NCBI GenBank assembly: GCA_963703345.1
Contig: OY969814.1
Location: 1,664,001 to 1,728,000 of the forward strand
Direction: 5' to 3'
Origin: an uncultured Chloroflexia bacterium
Lineage (GTDB): Bacteria > Chloroflexota > Dehalococcoidia > DSTF01 > JALHUB01
Length of the DNA stretch: 64,000 nucleotides
Below are positions 57,282-64,000 of the stretch, piece after piece. Each line of letters starts with the position of its first letter. Position 1 is the stretch's first letter. The position numbers and the translations under genes are program-made. A model generated the notes under the pieces. That model was not told the DNA's origin and did not search any database. It worked only from the letters and a program-made list of their open reading frames with translations.

Positions 57282-58214
57282 CTATCTGCCTTTCTTCGGG
57301 AGGTTGAATCCCAGCGGGTCTTCGTTGAAGTCCATCTCCTCCAGCGCCTCGGCAACCGCCTCGCGGACGCGCACTTCCGGATGGTGGTTCATCTCTTCGA
57401 GCGCCTTTCGCGCCTCTTCGCCGCCGATCTCGCCCAAAGCGGCTATCGCGGCCTCTTGCACCTCGGCGTCCTCGTCTTCGAGCAGCGGCTTGAGGTGAGG
57501 GACGGCGGATTCATCGCAGCAGGAGGCGCAGGCGGTCGCCGCCTCGAAGCGCATCTCCGGCGAGTCGCTGGCGAGCTCCGAGGTGAGCAGGGAGAACCAG
57601 CGCGGATCGCAGTTGCGGCCCATGGCGTGGACGGCGCTGACACGGAGGCGCCAGTTCTTGCTCCGATAAGCGTTCTCGATGCTGTCGCGGACCCAGGGCG
57701 CGCTAAGGGCGCCGGTCGATTCCATGGCACGGCCGCGCACCTCCGGCGACTCGTTCGGGTCGTCGATGGCGGAGCGGAGCGCTTCTTCGATGCGGTGGCT
57801 GTCGGCGATATGCAACCTCCGGAACTCGGCGCGGAGAACGAAGGAGCCCAGCGCTGTCGCCGCCTGTGCACGAACGGACGCGGAAGGGTCCGACTTCAAT
57901 ATCTCGATGAGCGGCGCGATGATGTCGCGGCCCTCGTGCTCCCACAGGCCCTGGACGGCCAGGGCGCGCACGTCGGCGTCCTCGTCCTTCAGCGCCGTCA
58001 TGGATATGCGGTCGAAGTCCATCTCTACATTGTCTTCGGCCAGTTCGAGGAGACGCCGTAGCAGTTGGCGACGGCGGGCGACTTCGACTTGCGGCCATAC
58101 GCCGGAGAAGGTCTCCGCCTCCTCGGGCGAAAGCGATGAGAGCTCGCTGAGGCGCGACGCAAGAAGCGGCCGCGACGGGTCTTTCAGTTCTTCCAAGTAG
58201 TCTTGGAGCGCCAT
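57282..58214 (-). CDS. HEAT repeat protein
   Basis: Repeats D.D..VR..A..ALG; minus-strand TTGACA-18-TAGACT promoter at 58235-58264. Confidence 0.88.
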   Translation of the reverse strand: MALQDYLEELKDPSRPLLASRLSELSSLSPEEAETFSGVWPQVEVARRRQLLRRLLELAEDNVEMDFDRISMTALKDEDADVRALAVQGLWEHEGRDIIAPLIEILKSDPSASVRAQAATALGSFVLRAEFRRLHIADSHRIEEALRSAIDDPNESPEVRGRAMESTGALSAPWVRDSIENAYRSKNWRLRVSAVHAMGRNCDPRWFSLLTSELASDSPEMRFEAATACASCCDESAVPHLKPLLEDEDAEVQEAAIAALGEIGGEEARKALEEMNHHPEVRVREAVAEALEEMDFNEDPLGFNLPKKGR

Positions 58215-58323
58215 CTTCCGTGCCCCTCGAATTCAGTCTAGGCGCGGCCGAAAGCGCTTGTCAACGCGTCCTGAAGGGCCTTTCGCCCGCGTATTTCGAC
58301 GAGGGAGAACTGGCCATCAGCAG

Positions 58324-59349
58324 TTATGTCGAGTGGGCTGTCGGAACGTCGTGGAGCTCATGCCGGGGGCTGCGACCCATCAGCTCGGCGGCTGCGCGGC
58401 GCGGCTCCAGCCCCTCGAAGAGCACCTGGTACGTCTTCTCGGCGATCGGCATCTCGACACCGTGGCGGCGCGCCAGCTCGAGCGCTGCGACAGTCGTCGT
58501 CACGCCCTCAGCGACGCCTCCCAGCGACGTCAGAATGTCGTCGAGGCTGCGCCCCTTCGCCAGCTCCACGCCGAGGCGATGGTTGCGGCTGAGCGGGCTG
58601 TAGCAGGTGGCAACGAGGTCGCCGACACCGGCTAGTCCGAGGAACGTGAGCGGCTGAGCGCCCGCCGCCACGCCGAGTCGCGCGATCTCGGCCAGCCCGC
58701 GCGTCACGAAGCCGGCCCGGGCGTTGTCGCCGAGGCCAAAGCCGTCGCAGATGCCGGCGCCGATGGCGATGATGTTCTTGAGGGCGCCCGCCAACTCCAC
58801 GCCGGCCACGTCATCGTTCGTGTAGACGCGGAGCTGTGCGCTCATCAGCATCTCGCGCGCCCTCTCGGCCAGCGACAGGTCTTCGCAGGCGATGATCGTC
58901 GCCGCGGGCAGGCCCTGCGCTATCTCGCGCGAGAGGTTGGGGCCAGAGAGGACGCACAGGGGCTGGGCCATCTCCGTCAGCTCTTCCCGAAAGACCTGCG
59001 ACATGCGCTTGGCGGTGTCGCGCTCCAGCCCCTTGACGGCGCTGAGGACGAGCGTCAACGGATCGAGATGCGGGCGCAGATTGCGTAGGTTCTCCCGCAG
59101 CGTCGACGACGGCACGGCAACGACCAGCAGAGTCGCGCTTTCCAGCGTGTCGGCGGGCGCGTCCGTCACCTTGAGCGACGGCGGAAGGCGCAGGCCGGGC
59201 TGGAGGCGAACGTTCTCGCCGTCACGACGCAGGGCGGACGCCTCTGCCTCATCGAAGGCGGAGAGGCGCACGGGGAGGCCGTTGCGCGCCAACAGAACTG
59301 CCAGCACGGTGCCCCAGCTTGTCGCGCCGACGACCGCCGCTCTCTCCAT
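58324..59349 (-). CDS. gpsA: NAD(P)H-dependent glycerol-3-phosphate dehydrogenase
   Basis: GATSWGT, LSGPNL, GALKNIIA, GVGDLVATC, SRN, AEG. Confidence 0.96.
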   Translation of the reverse strand: MERAAVVGATSWGTVLAVLLARNGLPVRLSAFDEAEASALRRDGENVRLQPGLRLPPSLKVTDAPADTLESATLLVVAVPSSTLRENLRNLRPHLDPLTLVLSAVKGLERDTAKRMSQVFREELTEMAQPLCVLSGPNLSREIAQGLPAATIIACEDLSLAERAREMLMSAQLRVYTNDDVAGVELAGALKNIIAIGAGICDGFGLGDNARAGFVTRGLAEIARLGVAAGAQPLTFLGLAGVGDLVATCYSPLSRNHRLGVELAKGRSLDDILTSLGGVAEGVTTTVAALELARRHGVEMPIAEKTYQVLFEGLEPRRAAAELMGRSPRHELHDVPTAHST

Positions 59350-59984
59350 CAGCTCCATCCCGTCTGCTGCATGACGTGCTCTTTCTGGCCGATCTTGCGC
59401 TCCGTGCCGGACAGGAGGCGCCGGATGTTGTCGTGATGAAGCGCGACTATCAGCACCGCAGCGGCGAAGGCGAAGGCGGCGTAGGCGAAGGGCAGCACTC
59501 CGACGAGGGCGAGTGCCAAAAAGACGACGGCGGCTATCGGCGCCATGGAGACGGACATGAGCGAGACGTAGCGCGTCGTGCCGACGATGATGAGCGCGAC
59601 CGGCAGGAGCGCCAGCGCGACGAGTGGGTTCATGCCGAGAAGCGAGCCGTAGGCAGCGGAGACGCCCCGTCCGCCGCGGAAGCCCAGCCAGACGGGCCAG
59701 ACGTGGCCGACAAGGACGCCCAGGCCTGCAAACGCCTGCGGCCAAGCATCGTCGGAGAGGGCGCGGGCGATGGAGACGGCGGCGGCGGCTTTGCCCAAGT
59801 CGATGACGAGCACGGCGATCACGGCCCAGAGGCTGAGAGTGCGCAGCGCGTTCGTCGCGCCGGTCTTGCCGCTTCCGTAGTCGCGGACGTCGATCCTGCG
59901 CGTCAGCTTGCCCATCACGTAGCCGCCCGGGACGGCGCCCAGCAGGTAACCGATGACGGCGGCGACGGCGATCTGCCAGAGCAT
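59349..59984 (-). CDS. plsY: Glycerol-3-phosphate acyltransferase
   Basis: GSGKTGATN, DLGK, GHVWP, FRGGRG, HHDNIRRL..GTE. Confidence 0.95.
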   Translation of the reverse strand: MLWQIAVAAVIGYLLGAVPGGYVMGKLTRRIDVRDYGSGKTGATNALRTLSLWAVIAVLVIDLGKAAAAVSIARALSDDAWPQAFAGLGVLVGHVWPVWLGFRGGRGVSAAYGSLLGMNPLVALALLPVALIIVGTTRYVSLMSVSMAPIAAVVFLALALVGVLPFAYAAFAFAAAVLIVALHHDNIRRLLSGTERKIGQKEHVMQQTGWS

Positions 59985-61358
59985 CTACTTCCCTCCCCGA
60001 CTGCGGAAGATCAGCTTCAGCGGCGAGCCGGCAAAGCCGAAGGCCTTTCGCAACTGGTTCTCCAGATAGCGCTGGTAGGAGAAATGGAGCAGCGACGCGT
60101 CGTTCACGAAGAAGACGAAGGTCGGCGGCGCGACCTGCGCCTGCGTGACGTAAAGAACCTTCAGCTTCTTGCCGCCCTTCGACGGGGGGCCGCGCTCGCC
60201 GACCGCCCGCTGCACGACGGCGTTCACCTCCGCGGTGCTGAGGCGCTTTCGTCGCTCTTCGCCGACGGCCAGCGCCTCGTCGAGGAGGTCATTGATGCCG
60301 GTCCGCTCCTTTGCGGAGACGAAGCAGAGCGGCGCCCAGGGGAGGAAGCGCAGGTTCCGCCGGATAATTCGAACGAAATCCCTGCGATACATAGGCTCCG
60401 GCGGCACCAGGTCCCACTTGTTGACGACGAGCACGATGCCGACGTGGCTATCGACGATGAGCCCGGCGATGTGCGCGTCCTGCGCCGTCAGCCCTTCCAC
60501 AGCGTCGAGCAGCAGCAGCGCCACGTCGGCGCGCTGGGTGGCTGTCTGCGCCCGCATCACGGCGTGCTTCTCGACGCCCTTCTCGATGCGGCCGCGGCGC
60601 CGGATCCCCGCCGTGTCGATGAGCGTGAGCTTCCGGCCGCCGTACTCAAAGGGGGTGTCGATGCTGTCGCGCGTCGTGCCCGGCGTCTCGCTGACGATGA
60701 CGCGCTCCTCGCCGAGGACGGCGTTCGTCAGCATCGACTTGCCGACGTTCGGCCGGCCGACGATGGCAATCGACAGCGTTTCGGCGGTCTGCGCCTCGGG
60801 CGTTTCGGGCAGCATGTCGGCGATGACATCCATTAAGTCGGCGATGCCGGCGCCATGGAGGGCGCTGACGGCAATCGGCTCGCCGAGGCCAAGCCCGTAG
60901 AACTCGACGGCTGACTCACGGCGGTACTCGCTCTCCGTCTTGTTGGCGACGAGAAGGACCGGCTTCTCGATGCGTCGCAGGCGGTCGGCGACGTCGCGGT
61001 CAGCGGCGGTGAGGCCTTCTTTACCGTCGACGACGAAGAGGACGACTTCGGCTTCGGCGGCAGCGGCTTCCACCTGTGCCCGCACGAGCTCGCTGTAAGG
61101 CAGGGAGCCGTCCATGAGCAGACCGCCGGTATCGACGATGCGGAAGCGCTTTCGCAGCCACTCGACCTCGCCGTACAGGCGGTCGCGCGTGGTTCCGGCC
61201 GCCTCCTCGACAATCGCCTTGCGGCCGCCGAGCATGCGGTTGAACAGGGCGGACTTGCCGACGTTCGGCCGGCCGACGAGGGCGACGACGGGAACGCTTT
61301 CAGCTTCGGCCTGCGGCTCCTCCGCCGGTTGCGTCTCGGTGCGGCTGCGACGGCTCAT
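59985..61358 (-). CDS. der: Ribosome biogenesis GTPase Der
   Basis: Two GRPNVGKS G-domains, TTRD, YQRYLENQLR. Confidence 0.98.
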   Translation of the reverse strand: MSRRSRTETQPAEEPQAEAESVPVVALVGRPNVGKSALFNRMLGGRKAIVEEAAGTTRDRLYGEVEWLRKRFRIVDTGGLLMDGSLPYSELVRAQVEAAAAEAEVVLFVVDGKEGLTAADRDVADRLRRIEKPVLLVANKTESEYRRESAVEFYGLGLGEPIAVSALHGAGIADLMDVIADMLPETPEAQTAETLSIAIVGRPNVGKSMLTNAVLGEERVIVSETPGTTRDSIDTPFEYGGRKLTLIDTAGIRRRGRIEKGVEKHAVMRAQTATQRADVALLLLDAVEGLTAQDAHIAGLIVDSHVGIVLVVNKWDLVPPEPMYRRDFVRIIRRNLRFLPWAPLCFVSAKERTGINDLLDEALAVGEERRKRLSTAEVNAVVQRAVGERGPPSKGGKKLKVLYVTQAQVAPPTFVFFVNDASLLHFSYQRYLENQLRKAFGFAGSPLKLIFRSRGGK

Positions 61359-62602
61359 TGCCCCGCGATGGTCACGGATATGTCGGGCGGATCGATGCCA
61401 ACGAGCTGCACGCCGGTCGGAAGGTCGACCTTGGGAGCGAGCTGATAGACGCCCGGCGTCATGTTCGAGAGGTCGATCCTCGCCGTGACGGCGTCGCCCA
61501 GCAGGGCGTCGAGGACGGGCAACGCGCCGGAGACCGTCACGGTCAGCTCGTCGGGGGCGACGCTCGCTGTGAGCCCTTCTTTCAGGCCCTTCGTTTGGAC
61601 CGCGATCTGCAGATTGCGCTGTCCAACCGCCGGAACGACAAGCACGTGCACCACCACCTCATCGCTGCCGTAGACGCGGGCATTCGCCGGCAGGCGCAGC
61701 TTGACGCTCCGCTGAACGTCTGATTGGGCCCCGTCGACGGGGATCGTGTCTGTGGTAAGCGTCTGGATCGACTGAAGGACGTCCACCGGGCCCAAGACCA
61801 CGACGAAAGATGGGTCGGACTGGACGGCGGACACCTTGTAGCCGGCTGCGACGTCGCCGCTTATGGACGGGTTGACCGGAAAGGTCACCGCCCCTTCGGT
61901 TCTGACGACCGTCACGCTCACCTTCGCCGTATTCGGTTCGATGTTGACGTCCAGCGGGCGGCCGTCCTTGCCGCGGGCGGAGAGCACCAGCTCACGGTCC
62001 ACGTTCATCTGGACGCCGGTGAGGTTGAGGTCCACCCAGGCGGCATCGATCTGCTCCATCAGGCTGGCAGCGCCGGAGACCTCCACGGTCTGCGGCGCTA
62101 CCTTCTCGTCGGTGACGCTGTAGCCGGAGGGGGCCGTCGCTACGGTGTTTATCTTGACCGGGACCGTCTGCGTCGTGACCGGCTCGAGGGTTACATCGAC
62201 GGAGGGCGGCGTGACCTCGACCAGCTTGACGTCGCTCCGGAGAATGTCCACCTGAACGGGCAGCCTCGCCTGTCGCTGCGTTACGCCGGAGAGGTCAACC
62301 GTGGCTTTGAAATCGCCGATCGATAGGCTATTCCAGACGTCTTCGTCGGCCGTAACCCGCACCTTCACCGGCGCAATCTGGCCCGTCTTTGCCAGTCCTT
62401 GCGGCAGGTTGAGCGCCTCGACGGGGATTGAACCGGAGAAAAAAGTGGTCCGCGATGGGCTCTGCGCGTCGGTGACGACGAACCAGATCACCACCGCCAG
62501 CCCGAGGGAAAGCAGGCCGAGCGTGTACGTTTGCCGCACGAGGTCCGCGGCGTCGCTAACAAGGGCGAGGAGGCCTTTGATGAGTTCAACTGGAGAACGC
62601 AC
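61355..62602 (-). CDS. cdaR: YbbR-repeat regulator CdaR
   Basis: N-terminal TM and several YbbR-like beta repeats; follows cdaA; GTG start with GGAGG SD inferred. Confidence 0.85.
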   Translation of the reverse strand: MRSPVELIKGLLALVSDAADLVRQTYTLGLLSLGLAVVIWFVVTDAQSPSRTTFFSGSIPVEALNLPQGLAKTGQIAPVKVRVTADEDVWNSLSIGDFKATVDLSGVTQRQARLPVQVDILRSDVKLVEVTPPSVDVTLEPVTTQTVPVKINTVATAPSGYSVTDEKVAPQTVEVSGAASLMEQIDAAWVDLNLTGVQMNVDRELVLSARGKDGRPLDVNIEPNTAKVSVTVVRTEGAVTFPVNPSISGDVAAGYKVSAVQSDPSFVVVLGPVDVLQSIQTLTTDTIPVDGAQSDVQRSVKLRLPANARVYGSDEVVVHVLVVPAVGQRNLQIAVQTKGLKEGLTASVAPDELTVTVSGALPVLDALLGDAVTARIDLSNMTPGVYQLAPKVDLPTGVQLVGIDPPDISVTIAGQ

Positions 62603-63413
62603 TTCGCCTCCCATTGTCGCCGTCGTCGCGGGGCGAAGCAGTAACGCCGAGGACGCTCTGGAGCGTCGCCCGCAGCCGCTTCTCGTCCAGCCACTGTGAG
62701 AGCCGCCCATTGGAAGCCACCGACACCTGGCCTGTTTCCTCGGAGACGACGACGGAAACGGCGTCTGTCAGCTCGGTGATGCCGAGTGCGGCGCGATGAC
62801 GCGTGCCGAGCATGCCCTTTCCGCTCTCGCCGGCCAGCGGCAGCGTGCAGGCGGCAGCGACGACGCGGTTTTCGCGCAGAATTACGGCGCCGTCGTGGAG
62901 GGGCGAGTTCGGGAAGAAGATGCCCTGCAGTAGCTCCACTGAGGGCGCGGCATCGACGCGGATCCCGGTGTCGATGTAGTCTTCGAGACCGGTCTCCTTC
63001 TCCAGGACGATGAGAGCGCCATGGCGGGCGCGCGAAAGGTTGCAGGCGGCGCCCGTAACAGCGTCGATGAGCTGGTCATAGCTCGGTCTGCCCAGCCAGG
63101 CGCGACGGCCGGTCCTGCCGAGACGCTCCAGGGCGCGTCGCAGCTCCGGCTGGAAGACGATCGGGATCCCGATGAGGACGGCGATAAGGGAGTTGCGCAG
63201 GAGGAACGTGAGCACCTTGAGGTCGAAGATGCGAGCCAGCAGGAAGGCGCCGACGAAGACAAAAGCTATGCCGCGCAGGACGGACATCGCTGTGGTTCGC
63301 CGGAGGAGCAGCAAGACCCAGTAGATGATGGCGGCGATCAGCAGGATGTCGACAACGGCGCGCCAGTCAAGTCGCGACAGGTTCTCGCTGATGGCGTTGA
63401 GCAGGTCTTGCAT
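62586..63413 (-). CDS. cdaA: Diadenylate cyclase CdaA/DacA
   Basis: N-terminal TMs, FQPELRRAL, GALIV, LHDGA, GTRHRAALG, VVSEETG. Confidence 0.96.
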   Translation of the reverse strand: MQDLLNAISENLSRLDWRAVVDILLIAAIIYWVLLLLRRTTAMSVLRGIAFVFVGAFLLARIFDLKVLTFLLRNSLIAVLIGIPIVFQPELRRALERLGRTGRRAWLGRPSYDQLIDAVTGAACNLSRARHGALIVLEKETGLEDYIDTGIRVDAAPSVELLQGIFFPNSPLHDGAVILRENRVVAAACTLPLAGESGKGMLGTRHRAALGITELTDAVSVVVSEETGQVSVASNGRLSQWLDEKRLRATLQSVLGVTASPRDDGDNGRRSAFSS

Positions 63414-63447
63414 CTCGCGCCGCCCCAGTCTCCCGCCGAGCCCGAAT

Positions 63448-64000
63448 CTAGCCGTCCGCCAAGAGCAACGCCAGGATGGCCCGCTGAGCGTGCAGCCGGT
63501 TCTCCGCCTGGTCGAACACGACCGACTGCGGCCCCTCGATCACCTCGTCGGCTATCTCTTCGCCGCGGTGGGCGGGCAGATCGTGCATCAGAATCACGTC
63601 CGGCGGCGCCAGCGAGAGCAGCTCTGCATTCACCTGGTAGCCCTCGAACGCCTTCAGACGCTCGTCGTAGCTGTCCTCCTGGCCCATGCTGATCCAGACG
63701 TCGGTGTAGACCACGTCGGCCTGCTTCACGGCCTCCCGCGGCGAACGGACGACGTCGATGCGGGCGCCGTTGCTGCTCGCGAACTGACGCGCGTGGGCGA
63801 GGGTCTTTTCGCCGAGCTCGTACCCCTCAGGCGAGGCGATGACGAAGCTCATGCCGACCATCGCTGCGGCCTGGGCCAGCGACGTGGCGACGTTATTGCC
63901 GTCGCCGATGAAGGCGACCGTCAGACCGTGGAAGTGCCCTCTTCGCTCGTAGATCGTGACGAGATCGGCGACGGCCTGACAGGGGTGCTCTTCGTCGGAA
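63448..64000 (-). CDS. argF: Ornithine carbamoyltransferase, C-terminal part (5' end outside window)
   Basis: HPCQA, GDGNNVA, YTDVWISMG, HDLPAHRG, QAENRLH. Confidence 0.9.
   Translation of the reverse strand, partial: SDEEHPCQAVADLVTIYERRGHFHGLTVAFIGDGNNVATSLAQAAAMVGMSFVIASPEGYELGEKTLAHARQFASSNGARIDVVRSPREAVKQADVVYTDVWISMGQEDSYDERLKAFEGYQVNAELLSLAPPDVILMHDLPAHRGEEIADEVIEGPQSVVFDQAENRLHAQRAILALLLADG

Overview
High-GC bacterial chromosome segment; gene content and order suggest Chloroflexota, probably Dehalococcoidia (inference). Most of it is housekeeping: ftsK, uvrB, yebC-ruvC-ruvA, panD-panB-panC with a pan RNA motif and attenuator, glmS, ppsA, dgt, dnaG-rpoD, mazG, archease-rtcB, pcrA, AmmeMemoRadiSam genes, metG, tatD, ybeY-dnaX-ybaB-recR-recO and argF-cdaA-cdaR-der-plsY-gpsA. 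The strongest novelty candidate is a cell-surface module at 1.9-7.3 kb. It encodes a signal-peptide trimeric fibre whose Peptidase_S74 autocleavage domain lies just before a C-terminal membrane anchor (predicted self-shedding). It also encodes two unrelated secreted proteins, a 12-Cys NAH-repeat protein and an RCC1 propeller, that share the tail VAVGG-xx-EPPD...TM...AGGWY-xx-RR, a possible sorting signal. Other points of interest are an A/T-richer HEPN (DUF3644-like) gene between ruvA and uvrB, three tandem paralogous propeller lipoproteins, a dispersed 58-bp hairpin-forming repeat at three sites, an inverted repeat pair bracketing mscS, and GTAG-type REP palindromes. No rRNA, tRNA, CRISPR array or transposase was recognised. 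All calls are by-eye motif recognition, without database searches.
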